The notes under the pieces are model-generated. The model saw nothing but the letters and a program-made list of their open reading frames with translations, was not told the DNA's origin and searched no databases. Below, piece by piece: positions 15,421 to 30,089 of a stretch of DNA of 64,000 bases (position 1 is its first letter; every line of letters begins with the position of its first letter). The translations under genes were made by a program, and so were the position numbers. The stretch spans positions 62,001-126,000 of the forward strand of contig CAXHJY010001492.1 in assembly GCA_964016885.1 (NCBI GenBank), given 5' to 3'. The stretch comes from Eledone cirrhosa (taxonomy: Eukaryota).

Positions 15421-15598
15421 GTTATTTTCGTTTGGTGTTCTGCTGAGTGAGGTAGTCCTCAGGTGTGTGTAAAATGTTGTAAATCTCTGAATATCATACA
15501 TGGCCATAGTTTGACAGGTTTCTAGTCGCTGCTTCTTAATATAAAAGAAACCATTCATACATAAAGACACGTATATATTCATATAAACTTGTCTGTAT

Positions 15599-15644
<46 letters not shown>

Positions 15645-15952
15645 GCATTCCCTAAAACATATACGAACATATATTGTGCATGCATATATACATACATAAA
15701 CGATAAATGTATGTATATAGGTATATATGTGTATATAGGCAGGTATATAATTATGCATGTGTAGCATGTGTATATTGACTTATTAAAATGCACATCTAAA
15801 GATTCGCTTTAATGAGCATAAATTTAATAAGTACTAAAATGTGATTAGGTTGTTGCGTATATGTAAATACACATACACATAAATATATAACATGTACAAA
15901 CATAGATATGTCTATGTGTCTGTGTGGTATGCGTGCATGTATACATACTCAT

Positions 15953-15987
<35 letters not shown>

Positions 15988-16081
15988 CATGTATATATAC
16001 ACAAAACACATATATGCACACGCACATAAATAGATACATATAAATATAAACACCAACTATACAATAAGAGTAGTAACGAGC

Positions 16082-16150
<69 letters not shown>

Positions 16151-16454
16151 TATAACAGGTATGGTACTGTGACGAGAGTGTACACTTGAGAGGGTTCAAC
16201 TGCCGAACTGACGTTAGTGAAGCAGGAATTATGCTAATCTTGCCGGAGTATAAAACATAAAACGTTTCTCTTTTTCAGGCTAACTTTTCAACAGAATGTC
16301 ACGCGTCCTTTCAGTGACTCTGTACTTGAAATATCAGGAAAATATGCGGTAAAGGTGTAAACGGTTGTCTTGTTTGTTCTACCTTACTCTGGTTACCTGC
16401 TGCCTACATATCTATCACCGTTGGGTACCCCTTCATTATATATATATATATATA

Positions 16455-16522
16455 ATGTAGGAAAAGCGTTAGGGCCCCGACGGCTAAGCTCCGGCCGTTT
16501 CGACAGCTAGATCCGAACTTTG

Positions 16523-16523
<1 letters not shown>
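16455..16523 (+). mobile_element. Family A fragment in (TA)n
   Basis: 'taggaaaagcgttagggccccgacggctaagctccggccgtttcgacagcta'. Confidence 0.7.
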
Positions 16524-16585
<62 letters not shown>

Positions 16586-17126
16586 TTATCTGATGATCCT
16601 GAGACTATACAAGTGTAACTCCAGAGTAAAAAAACCCGCACCATTTAACCATGAGAATGAATACTATATGTACACACACATACATACATACATACATACA
16701 TACATACATACATACATACATACATACATACATACATACATACATACATACATACATGATGGCTGCCCCCTCGTTATCGAGTATAGCCATTGCACGATAT
16801 ACCATTATTAATAATTAATTATTAATTCTATCGGGCAATGCCTGTGCGTGAAGTTATCTTTTAAAGTGAGGAAAGACTGTGCACTGAGCCAATCCCACTC
16901 TCTGAGCGACAGTAACTATAACCCGAAAAGAAGAAAAGATCAACATCATCGGTAACTACCGAGCCGCAGGTTTTATATCGGAGTTATCCCAGTTTCCTGA
17001 GTTGCCTTCTAGAAGGATGCCCTGACAAAGGCTAAGGGTCCTTCACTCCCAATGGTTTAACCGCGCGATCGGGTGTCCAGCCCGACTATTTCTATGTCCC
17101 CGCGCATACATACATACATACATACA

Positions 17127-17161
<35 letters not shown>

Positions 17162-17844
17162 TAGAGAGAGTGGGTTAGGAATAGATAGGTAAGTAGCTGG
17201 TATGTAGATGTACTTGGTATACTGTAAACTATAAAAAAAAGTCACACACACTACCTAGTAATATATTTCAATGTAAAGAGTTCTATGATATCGTATTGTG
17301 TTTAGGACACGAGAGTATTGAACATAAATAAAGAGAAAGTGATAGAGATACAGAGAATGGGGGAGGAAGAGAGACTGGGGGAGGAAGAGATACAGAGAAT
17401 GGGGGAGGAAGAGATAGAGAGTGACTGGGGGAAAATGTAAATTCAATAATATTTTTGCTATTGTGTTTCTTTAGTGAAACGAAGAAAAAGGGGAAAAAGA
17501 TAAATTATTGTTTCTTTGTACATCGACCATTTAACAGATTAAAACAATGTCACTGCTGATCTACCAACATTTTTTACTACTCTACATATATTGGCAATAA
17601 ACACCAACTAAATTGATTCTCTAAACTATTTGCACTTTCTTCCAGCAGAGATATAATTCCACGGTAAATATTTATGTACAGTATGTATATTTAGGTATAT
17701 ATATATGTTCATATATATATATTTAGGTATATATATATATATGTTAGGTATATATATAGTTGGGTATATATATATATGTATATATATATGTTCATATATA
17801 TGTATGTATTTTATGTGAACGGACCGACATACTCACGTCGCAAT

Positions 17845-18010
17845 AAACATCTCTCTCGGCTTCCCCTATGTCTCTCTCTCGACTTCCCTATCTCTCTCTC
17901 TCTCTCGGCTTCCCCTGTCTCTCTCGACTTCCCTATGTCCCTCTCTCTCGACTTCCTTATATCTCTCTCTCTCGACTTCCTCTATGTCTCTCTCTTTCGG
18001 CTTCCCCATG
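17845..18010. repeat. Degenerate ~22-24-bp repeat (ctctctcgacttccctatgt)
   Basis: About 7 imperfect units. Confidence 0.8.
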
Positions 18011-18139
18011 TCTCCCCCTCACCCCTCGTGCGTGTGTCTTTGTCTCTCAATATAGGTATATGCATTCAGCATAGATAGAAAGAAATAAAATAAAAATTGA
18101 AAGCATTTAATGTCCGTGCGTAACATGAGCATCGCGTAA

Positions 18140-18593
18140 TATACATTTTATGATACATAGAGGAGAGGTTCTCGAAGAACAAACAGTAACAAGTCGACTA
18201 CTATCAGGATGTCATCGTAGTGCAGTTAGATGTAAAAGCCTGGATCTATACGCCGCCGCCCCACCAACCTAACAGTGACAGCTACTTCTTTACTATGTCC
18301 CGGCATTTTAGTCACAGTTGATCCAAGTGTTCTTGGCAAAGAATTACAAATCGATATTTCGCTAGGCTTCCTACTCTCAAGATATGATGCTCTTTCAATT
18401 TTGTTTGTTCCCCCCCAAAAAAATTAAAATGTTACTGAAACTCTCTCTCTCTCTCTTTGAGACCCGATTGAAACGGCGGCGGAGTAGAGAGCCATTGCAG
18501 AAGAACTCGTCCAGTCGTACTTCGACAAGTAGGGTTATTGCTGGGTTAAGTTTGTGGAGGCAAAGCTAAGGGATATACTTCAAATCGGATTAG
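18140..18593 (+). mobile_element. Mariner-family transposase C-terminal pseudogene
   Basis: Frameshifted translation EQTV..DYYQDV...VPAF*SQLIQVFLAKNYKSIFR*ASYSQDMMLFQFCLFPPKKIKMLLK...CWVKFVEA..YFKSD* matches the mariner pattern GQTVN.EYY.EV...APAH.S.LIQ.FLAK...PYSPDMAP.DFWLFPKLK..LKG...RWEKCVE..GDYFEGD*. Confidence 0.8.
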
Positions 18594-18815
18594 CAAGTAC
18601 GTAATAGTATACAGGGTACCGCATATGCCGCACACCAGTGAAATAACATTTTGCCATAATATCTTCATGTCTCTCTCATATAAACAGTTTATCTCCCGTT
18701 ATTAGGGTGGTGCGTCACTTTTGCCCCACCCTCAATATCATGAAATTTGTGAAACAGGTAAAGTTATAAATTATTGCAAATAAACTTTCTTAAAGACTCC
18801 AAATGCATTTTCGAC

Positions 18816-19359
<544 letters not shown>

Positions 19360-19555
19360 GGAAAATGATTAACTCCGACGGCAGAGCTCAAGCCGTTTCG
19401 ACAGCTATTTCTGAACCGAGTTCAGAAATAGCCGTCGAAACGGCTTGAGCTCTGCCGTCGGGGTGAAACATTTTTCTATTACCCACACTACTACCCTAAA
19501 TATTGAGTACTCTGGTGCGTTATGGTCCATCTGGTTCCTTACCACACCTCCATTA
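19360..19555 (-). mobile_element. Family A element with tail-to-tail inverted duplication (42-bp arms 19375-19416 / 19420-19461)
   Basis: Hairpin with one mismatch and a 3-nt loop; (TA)n on both flanks. Confidence 0.85.
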
Positions 19556-20096
19556 TATATATACATTATTGGGGAGTGGTGCATATTACCATAACATCTC
19601 ACGTATCATTTGAATTTCAATTCAGTTTTTATCATTCATTAGTGACCTAACTAATCCATTCATCGGTTGATTTAGCAAGCAAATGTCTATATAATTGTCA
19701 AAGCTCTTTAGTCACATACACCCGCCGAGATTCACTAAATATTTCCTTAACCGGTCTATAAAAACGAGTAACTGTTTAGTTATGATGTAGCCATATCTAC
19801 TTCCCATCGATTACATCCGTCACATGTCACTAGATCGAAGAGGGTGATATTTGCGACTGTATAGGTACCACTCAAACGTTTTATGATAACGTGGTATTTT
19901 CACAGGTCCCGCTACTTAATAATATTAACGTCGTATTTTCACAGGTCCCACTACTTAATAATATTAACAAGCATGTTGAAATATTTCAAAGATAGTCAGG
20001 TGCAATTGTTTAGATAGCATTTATAATTTGCAGCACTAATAATGACACTACACTCTGCTTTCTTTCTTTCTATCTTATAAATGCGGAGTATATATA

Positions 20097-20290
20097 TAGA
20101 AATGGTAAGACAACAGTTCACCATACCGAGAACAATTGTTTCACCTGAGCGGATCGTCATCTCGTAATGGACATTACGAGATGACGATCCGCTAAGGTGA
20201 AACAATTGTTTTCGGTATGGTGAACTAACTGTTGTCTTACCACTTCTACCTAACTCGTCCCATGGACTGAGTGCTCTACCACTACGGATA
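20097..20290. mobile_element. Short element (family D) with ~73-bp inverted arms, hammerhead-like core and tRNA-A-box-like end
   Basis: Arms 20097-20169 / 20172-20248; internal ATGACGA-T-CC-gctaa-GG-T-GAAAC-AATT-GTT. Homologue at 45630-45752. Confidence 0.75.
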
Positions 20291-20326
20291 TTACCTTCCA
20301 GTGTTTTCTCTCTCTATATATATATC

Positions 20327-20401
<75 letters not shown>

Positions 20402-20494
20402 ATAAACATAACTTATCTGGTTACACTTGTAACGAGAACTTTTACTGCAATCAGTAATTTTCTTGCCAATTACGTTCTGTTTGGTTTGAAAATC

Positions 20495-20560
20495 TCACTT
20501 TCTGATGTGCCAAAAATAAAACACGTTTTGACTATGTTGAGGCGAAACGCCTTAAATCCA
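20495..20560 (+). ncRNA. Degenerate hammerhead-like motif
   Basis: CTGATGT-GCC...GGC-GAAAC-GCC-TTA; one core mismatch. Confidence 0.35.
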
Positions 20561-21139
20561 ACCTTCAAGTGAAACTACCCGTTGAGATTAACTATTAGCA
20601 TCATCAAAGATGGTAATTAATTTCAAAAATACACGATAATCAGAATATCTAATTTCTCTTTTCTGTATTTTAGATAGATAAAATATATATATGTATAAAG
20701 CAAAAATAATGATTTCTTTATTTAGGCACAAAACCAGAGATTTGTGAATTGCAATACCGATGATTTATTTGATGTAAGGTAGGAAGGAGTTTTTACAACG
20801 TCGGACAAAATACCTGTCAGAATGTAACATGGGTCTCCGCGATCTGAGTTCAAATCCTGCCGAGTTAAACTTTACATTTCATTCATGACATCTGTATAAA
20901 TAACTGGTGATTTGAGACACTTTTACACCAACAGAAATACGACCTGAATGTTGATGCAGATATCTGATACATTTTATATTTGATGAAATCCGCATGGGAC
21001 ACAAACAGAGATCAGAGGCAGTGAAACTGAGAGAGAGAGAAAGATTAGGACAGATTTTACTTGTGGTTGAGCACGGATCAAGAGCAAATATTACCCAGGC
21101 ATCTGTAAACCGATCGCCTTATGACGAAATGTACAGAAC

Positions 21140-21260
21140 TGCTTTTTCTCGAAATATTCTTTCCTCTTTACTCCCGTTCACACGCCTCCCATTTTCTCTC
21201 CCTTCTTTAATTTCTCATGAAGGACTTACGTTCAGAAACGTTGAGACTTTTCCTACAATG
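21140..21260 (+). mobile_element. Family C element with degenerate hammerhead core
   Basis: CTCATGA-A-GGAC-ttac-GTTC-a-GAAACGTT at 21214-21242, preceded by a pyrimidine tract; resembles the minus strand of ~62040-62170. Confidence 0.5.
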
Positions 21261-21411
21261 TTAAACGAGAAACTAATATATTAAATATCTTCCGTGTACT
21301 TCGTCGTTTGTTGTGGCTTTTTTCCGTTTACTTTACTTTTCGCATATATATATATATATATATATATTTGTTTTGCAAGTTTTTTTTATATGAAATCGTG
21401 TGTCGAAACAA

Positions 21412-21856
<445 letters not shown>

Positions 21857-23123
21857 TTTGTTTAATACTTATAGTTCAGGCTTACCAATTATGAAATAAC
21901 TGAACCTCAACTCCACGATAATTACTGATATATGATAAAATGATTTTCATACACACATAGCTCAACATCTCTTTCTTGATTTTTAAAATATTTTTGGCTT
22001 TTTTATTGTGTTGTGTGTACGTGTGTACATGTGTGTGTACGTGTATGTGTGTGTAAGTGTGTGTGTACGTGTGTGTGTATGTGTACGTGTGTGCGGTGTG
22101 TACGTGTATGTGTGTACGTGCTTTGGTGGTAAAGACGTTAAGAGCGCGGAAGTTAAAAACTTTCGGCTAAACGACTTCGTAGTAAGAATGTTTTCTGAAG
22201 TATGAAAATGTATATTTTTGGCTCAAACCACTTATTCTAAAGAGAAAGAATGAAAGATATAATTGAAAGCAAAATTAATTTGATGACATACGTTAGACGA
22301 ACGATCTTCAAATATTTCCTTAGCTGCTCACCATCAGGCTTTTGTTGTTTTGTTTTGTTTGTTTCGTGTATAGTACTCTAGTAATGTGTTTGTTTCGTGT
22401 ATAGTACACTAGTGATGTGTGTTTTTTTTATTTTGTTTTACTAGTTTGTTTGATTTTTTGTTGTTGTTTTTTTGTTTCATTTTCTCATTTGTTTTTTATT
22501 AAATGTTGAGTAAGAGACTCTCGACAATATTTTGGGATCTTTCCATGTTTTATATTTGTTAGGATAAATATTTCTTCAGTTTGTTTTTGTCTTTTTATTG
22601 TTATTTTTTGTTTGCTGTTGTTTTTGATAACTACGATGATGACGTGGTGGTGGTGGTGTTGGAGGAGGCAACAGCCGTGGTGTGGCGGCGGTGGCGGCAA
22701 TGTTGGTGGACGTGTTGGTTGTGGTATTCTGCTGTTGGTATGTGGTGGGGGAAGGGGGCTATGTGATGAGATGGGATGGGATGGGATGGGGTAGTTAGGT
22801 TGGTTTGCTGGCTGGAGGGTGGGACTGTGAGTGGTTGTGAGTGGTTGGGGTTGAGGGTGTGTATTTCATGTTCATCCAACAAAACTGGAGACGATGTGTT
22901 TTATTATTAATATATTTATTGTTTTTTTACATTTATTTAATTTTGTCTGCTTCAATTATTCATGCTATAATAGGCGCTGATAACATATGTGAGGGTTTAC
23001 ATGAGAGTTTGTGCACGTTTCTTTGTACGTATATATATATACATATATACATATATATATACACATGCAGGCATTATCAATTATGTTTGTACGAATGTAA
23101 GCAAGTATGTATTATGTGTGTAT

Positions 23124-23160
23124 TATGAGAGTCAACTGAAGAGTTCATAGGCTGACCAAG

Positions 23161-23163
<3 letters not shown>
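23124..23163 (+). mobile_element. Mariner-type terminal inverted repeat (left end)
   Basis: tatgagagtcaactgaagagttcataggctgacc; the reverse complement of 28522-28552 is homologous. Confidence 0.55.
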
Positions 23164-23211
<48 letters not shown>

Positions 23212-23951
23212 CCATAGGAAGTCAGATTTGCAGCTTGTTATGAAACTTTATTGTATATTACAACTGTTTTGATATCGATCAGCTTGGGTGTGATCAGGCG
23301 ATCGAATCCCAACTCTTAATCGATCGGATCCATAATCAGATACCATCGCTTGATATGTTACATTGTTTTGCGATCCATGGTATTGCTGGCTACAGGCAAG
23401 TCCCTAACAGGTCTAAAAAGCCACGTCCATGACCCTCATGCTTAAGTATCAAGCGATGGCATTACTCAAAATCGAGTTGTAACCATCATGTATGTATGTA
23501 TGTATGTATATGTGTACGGGGAGAGAGAGTAGGAGAGATAGTTTTGTAGGGTTTGCATGTGATTGTGTGCATATACGGGTCCATACAGATTATATATATA
23601 CCTGTACACGTATGTATTCATGAAATCATCATGTTGAACTCTCTAGCATACAAAATCTGATAAGCTGTGCAAAAATCAATGATGAAATTAACAAAATCAA
23701 TTATAAGATATATTTTATATGAAAAGAAAAAGTAATTTGATAAATTCCATTGATGTCCTTTGAACCATATCGAATTTCATAAAATATTCGATACACATTA
23801 CCTATATTAATATGAATACAATCTAATAAAAATAAATACAATGTATCTAGATATCTATTCAAATCTATTTATATATGTTTGTTCCTATCTATTAATCTAC
23901 ATATTCCTTTATTAGTCTATTTGTCTATCGTTTTAACTCTCTCTCTCCAAC

Positions 23952-24020
<69 letters not shown>

Positions 24021-24084
24021 GTATGTCTATGTTTATCTAGCTATTTTGCTATCTGCATATTGATCTGTTTATTACGTTTATGCT

Positions 24085-24424
24085 CTTTCTCATACATATA
24101 TACACTCATATATACACACATACATACACATATATAGATACACATATACACATGTATATACGTACACATACATATATATACATACACATATATATATACG
24201 TACACATACATATATATACATACACACATATATATATATATATACATACACATATATATATATACACATATATATATACATATATACATATATGCACACA
24301 TATATAACATATATACATATATGCACACATATATAACATATATACACACATATATAACATATATACACACATATATATATACAAATATATATATATATAC
24401 ATATATACATATATACACACACAC

Positions 24425-24455
<31 letters not shown>

Positions 24456-24773
24456 CACATATATACACACACATATATATATAGATATATACATATATAC
24501 ACACATATATATATATATACATACATATATATATATATATATACATATATACATACATATATAAATACATATATAAATACATACAAATATATATACATAT
24601 ATACACACATATATATACATTTATACACACACATATACGCATACATGTGTGTATATCCATTTATTGATTTATATGCATTTGTCTACCTTTCTTCCTATTT
24701 AACTACCCCTTTATATATCATAATATACACATAGTTGTATATATATATATATATATACACACAAACATGCATG

Positions 24774-24820
<47 letters not shown>

Positions 24821-24850
24821 GTGTGTGTGTGTGTGTATGTATGTACAGTA
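24085..24850. repeat. (TA)n/(CA)n compound microsatellite region
   Basis: Directly visible. Confidence 0.9.
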
Positions 24851-25342
24851 ATGTGAAATGAATATTTTGCACGTGAATCTGTCCATATAATTATGAGAAA
24901 TGCATGCTCAGGTTTATTATTGCATGTGTATATATTCCTCTATTTTTATGTATGTATAATGTATATACACGATTTCAAACTTTAATGACATTAAATATGA
25001 AACATTATATTGAATTTTATATATCTAGGCCAGCTTCTCACCCATTAACAATTCTACCAATCTTTCTATCTTGCTCTGTCATTTTCCTTTAATTGAGTGT
25101 GGATATGTCTATCAGGGTATATATGTGTGTGTGTGTTTAGATATATACACGACCTTTAATATGCGCACATACATACACACACACACATATGTATATATAT
25201 ACATAGATATATAATTATATATAGATCTCTCTCTCTCTATTTATCTATCTATATATTTATTTATATAAATACATGCCTATATATTATATATATATGCCTA
25301 TATAAAAATAGGCATTTGTGTATATAGTGATGTATATGTGTG

Positions 25343-25394
<52 letters not shown>

Positions 25395-25829
25395 TGTATG
25401 TATACCAATTAACCAATATTTATTGACAATTTTAGACTCTGCTGTTTCTTTAAATACTTTACTTAACACACTCCCGCCTTCCAAACATTCACAATTTTAC
25501 ACCTTTCTATTTTTATCTACACATTTTAGATACTAAGACAGAAAATGCTGTGTATTCAATTTTCCATTTCAGCAGACTATTATTGAATATTGACTGAGGT
25601 TGGCACTTGATGTTATTGTTTTTTGTTTACCTTTTAGTCGGTGTTTTGGCAGTCATTCTTTGGTCTTCCATGTGACATTATCAAGATAAGTTGAGAATCG
25701 ATCGACAAGATTCCAGACATCACTCTCTTACCGAGTGTGGTGGAACTCGTCAAATCGAACCAAGGGAATTCTGTTTCATTTCGTTTCTCCACCCTTGGTA
25801 CTATCTACTGGTGGCAACAATTGGTAGAA

Positions 25830-25941
25830 AGGTGAACGTGAAATAAAGTGTCTTGTTCAAAGACATAACGAATAACTCGGTCTTGGAATTGAACTCACAA
25901 CCACACGTCGGCGAATAAAATACTGTAACCACTAAGCCACT
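25830..25941 (-). mobile_element. SINE family 2 5' part
   Basis: 'aacgtgaaataaagtgtcttgttcaaagacataac...ggaattgaactc...taaccactaagccac'. Confidence 0.7.
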
Positions 25942-26644
25942 TGTAGACTATTTAGTTAGGAACGGAATGTATAGTGAGCTCAATATGCAAATTTAATTCG
26001 ACGTTAGTATAAGTAATTCTCTGTGTTATATACACTAGTATACATAATACCTCAATGCCTAGAACGTAAATGTTTCAAATTGGAGGTTTCTATTAGTCAA
26101 TAACTAACTTCATTCTGAATGGTGCCAACAAATGGTGTTTAAAACACCACCTTTTGGACCAATCAACTCCTATTATGAAATCCGGCTACTTTATTAGCTT
26201 GCGGACTATTTAGTTTGTACAAATATTTCAGAATTTATTTTTAAAACTCCTACGTGATCTAAAGATGGAAGCTTCCAATGTAAGTGCGTAAAGCTATCTT
26301 CCAAATATTCCAAATCTTTCCAAGAAGCAACATTTTTAGTTCTATCAGTCACATTACTGCTGCTTTATATTTCACTACTTCAAAGACAAGTACGGTTTGC
26401 TATTCCTATCATAAACGGCCAACATTTGCTTCTAATAATTGTAATAAACAAATGTAGTTTACTTCAAATGTTCTTCCCAACTTCAGATGGTCTTTATCAT
26501 CATTGAAACCCAAGTCTAATATATGGTTCTATCTAGCTCTATTGTAGTTCTGTACTGTGAAATATATGTGCACACAGCTAACCATTTCTAATATATGGTT
26601 CTATGCAGTACTATTGTTTCTTCTGTACCATGGAGGCACATATA

Positions 26645-26855
26645 TCATCATTACAACCAGAGTCGAACATTCTTCACAAAGTCTCTCCACAATCCATGAT
26701 ATTCCATTCTGGCAACTGCTCCCTACTGACGTTTGTATCACCTAAGAGTTGACTGATGAAGGTTCGAGCAGGTCTTCCTCTATTGTCTCCCCCTGTGAGT
26801 TGGTTCCCACAATAGTACCTTGTGTATAACTCCTTACTTTTCCTGCAATGTCATT
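26645..26855 (-). mobile_element. RTE-clade LINE 3' fragment
   Basis: Minus translation HCRKSKE..VLLWEPTHRGDNRGRPARTFISQLLGDT; same family as 47005-47200. Confidence 0.8.
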
Positions 26856-28092
26856 AATTATAATGAAACAAAATAATATACCAAGTCAGAAGCAGTCAAT
26901 TTACTCCCTCAGCAGACGAAATTTCTCTCCGATAGTACGTTTACCCCTATTTTGGGTACATCTATCTTAAGGAGTGATTTAATAGTTATTTGGTTATCAC
27001 TTTTAGCAGGTCAAAAGACAACATAGAATTCTCCAAGTCAAATTGCTTTGTTCAATTCATAAAAAAATGTCTAACAGTCAGTCGATTGAAGCAGTTATTA
27101 CTGATAATGTGATAATGTCTTGTTTTATATTCGTGAAATAACTCAGGGTGTTCAACGCAGTGTCGGCTGATATTATTAGTCTGCTCTCTCCTATGTAATG
27201 ATCACTTAATGACAATGATGTTTATATATATATATATATATATTTATCACAGCAATCTCTTTGTGACTACGAATCGCTGGTTATATAGCTCTATTATGAT
27301 TTTATGTCTTTATTTGCTGGTATCTGTGTTGTTCTTAAGTAGAGTCTACCATAACGGAAAAAAAAAAAAAAGCTAGTTAAATAATAATAGATAAATTTCT
27401 TCTAGTCTAATATATAATACGTTCTCGAAAGGCCAAACACATTAAAACACACAGCGAAATATCAATATACAGTCATACAGCCATTTACTCTAACATATAT
27501 ACATATACATACATACACACAGCCATTCTCTCTGGCATACATGCACACAGCAAGTCACTCTAGTATATATACATTCATATATATATACCTATATGCATAC
27601 ATACATATATGAATGTATGTATTGTGAATGTATTATGTATGTATTATATATATGTATGTATAATATAAGTATGTGTGAGTATGTGTGTATGTATGTGTAT
27701 GTACTTAATCCGGTACGCTTCACATTTTATATTTAAAAGACGAAAGGAAAAAATTGAGGTGATGTGACAATGACAAAGTAAGAGAGAAAGAAAGACAGCA
27801 GATAAGACAAAGAATGATAGAGAGGGACAGAGGGGAAGATAGAGGGAGAGAGAGAGAAGAGACGAGAGTGAGAGCGGAAAAAAGAGTGAGAAAGAAAAAA
27901 AGAAACAGCTGTAGATAAAGGGTTTAAGGAAAGCCAACTGAAAATCTATTGAGGAAACATTGTATGGAGTCTTGGAAAGCAGAAGTGACTGAGTGTATTA
28001 GAAAAACTTATTCCCAGCCAAGTCTTCATATATTTACAAGAAGATAAGAGGCTTTGTAACAGTTTCATGAGAATTACGAAGTTCCTTTTCAG

Positions 28093-28355
28093 TGGCAGTC
28101 AGGGGTTATTACGTTATATTCGGTACCTGACTTATGATCATAATATCGTGGCTTCGATTCCTGCACTGTCTTATGTGTTGTGTTCTTGAGCAAAACATTT
28201 CATTTCAGATTGCTCCAGTATAGTCAGCTAAAAATGAGTACCAACAGTAATAGCTGGGGTGGGGGGGTTAACTTTGCGATGTACTGTTGTGCTCTCCAGA
28301 AAACGGGATAAATAACGGCCTGATGAACCTCCGAGATCGGGACAAACTTTAGACC
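28093..28355 (+). mobile_element. SINE family 2-related copy
   Basis: 'ttcgattcc' B box, 'gttcttgagcaaaacattt', 'aaaatgagtacc', tail 'gaaaacgggataaataacggcctgatgaacc'. Confidence 0.65.
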
Positions 28356-28521
28356 TTTTCTTTTTAGCAAAAGTACATCTACGTACTACACCTAACTAAA
28401 TCATTACTGAAGTATCTATATTCATCCAGGCTCCCTTGTGGAAGGGTATGGCGATATTAACACTTGGATAATTGTATTCTAGGATAGACTCCAACCTCTC
28501 ACACACACACACACAGACAGA

Positions 28522-28552
28522 CAGCCTATGAACTTTTTAGCCTACCCTCGTA
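28522..28552 (-). mobile_element. Mariner-type terminal inverted repeat (right end)
   Basis: cagcctatgaactttttagcctaccctcgta, ending in TA. Confidence 0.55.
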
Positions 28553-28942
28553 GTTAATCAACACCCAGAACAATGTTTACCCCTGATACATTGTGGACCC
28601 TAGAAACATTATTTATGAAAACAAGGAAGGGGTTGGAACGAGTGGTGGGTCTGCTCAGCCGGGGCCGACCGTCGGCTAAGTAAGAGCAACAACAGCAAAA
28701 CTGCTTCCATATCATCTATTCATATAAAAAATAAATATTATACGATAAAAAAAACACAACATAAATATCATCATGTAAAGCGGCGTGGAAGGATGGTTGG
28801 GTGGAGTGGGTGACGACGGTGAAAAAATAGTAGACAATAAATTTGGGCAATATTCTGATCTATAAATCAATTTATCAGACATAAACATCAACTAGACGAA
28901 AGGAAACAACACAAGAACCAAAACATAAAAAAAAAATACAAA

Positions 28943-29012
<70 letters not shown>

Positions 29013-30017
29013 AATGAATGAAGGAGAGAAAGAAATCCGATTTCCATACAAATAGCTGATAGGTTTGTAAAATATTAATATTCATTAACAGTATTACAAC
29101 ACTATATCTGAGGCATGTGTCGTTGTCTTCAACTAAATTGATTTATTCAATTAATAACAATACAAACACAAAAAATTATATTAAAAGAAAGAAAAATGCA
29201 ATAAAAAGTAAAGAACAGATTAAAAACAACAACAACAGTATTCTGTTGGTTTTATTGTTATTTTTGTTTCATTATTTATATGTTTGTTTATTTGTTTACT
29301 TGTTTGTTTTTATTACAAATTTCCTCTTCATTATTCCGGCTAACAAACTAAACTACCACACACACACACACAACCACTACAACCCCTACATCCCCATACA
29401 CACAACCCCCTACACATAACCACCACCACAACCCCTCATACACACCACCACAACCACCACTCTACACACACACCACCACCACCACCACCACCACCACCAC
29501 CACCACCACAATCCTCATACACACACACCACCACAACCACCACCACAAAAAAAGATTTAAAAAATAAAATAATAAACCCCTCAAATAAACAAACACTAAC
29601 CATTCTTGTTTCCGAAATAAATTTTCTCTATCGATTCTTTTCACCTATTTAAAAATTCCCTCTAAAAACAGACTCGATACCCTCCAGAACCGGGCGATAA
29701 TTGCTCTGGCTAAACATTTTGAAAAGACTTTTTTTTAAATAAAACAAAAATTCACAAAAATAATTTTTAAAAAATGAACATCATCATCGTTATCATCATC
29801 ATCGTCAACTTTTAAAAAAGTCAATTTTTAAAAGTAAAAAAATGTTATTATACTAAGTACGTACTAAGTGCAATACCACAACAACTGTCCCTATATTAGG
29901 TGACTCGGTGCATTCTGGAATATAGGAATATATTGGTTTAGCATTCCGTTCATTCATAGTTTACATTACATACACACACAGGCGCAAACACACCGACGCA
30001 GTCACACACAGACATAT

Positions 30018-30049
<32 letters not shown>

Positions 30050-30089
30050 GCATATATATATATATGTATGTCGGTGTGTGTGTATGTGT

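Noticed and set aside
16279-16348. Plus-strand candidate exon (ttttcag|...|gtaaag; LTFQQNVTRPFSDSVLEISGKYA)
   Set aside because: It is isolated, with no recognisable protein or partner exons; such splice-like pairs are frequent by chance.
26270-26520. Minus-strand LDLGF...HLK/WEEHL...KDLEYLE suggesting another CR1-like LINE piece
   Set aside because: Too degenerate to support without a profile search.
26752-26775. CTGATGA motif
   Set aside because: It is the antisense of RTE LINE coding sequence (TFISQ) and has no GAAA box.
29646-29716. Minus-strand ATG with MFSQSNYRPVLEGIESVFRGNF*
   Set aside because: It is only 22 codons, with no strong in-frame donor and no recognisable homology.
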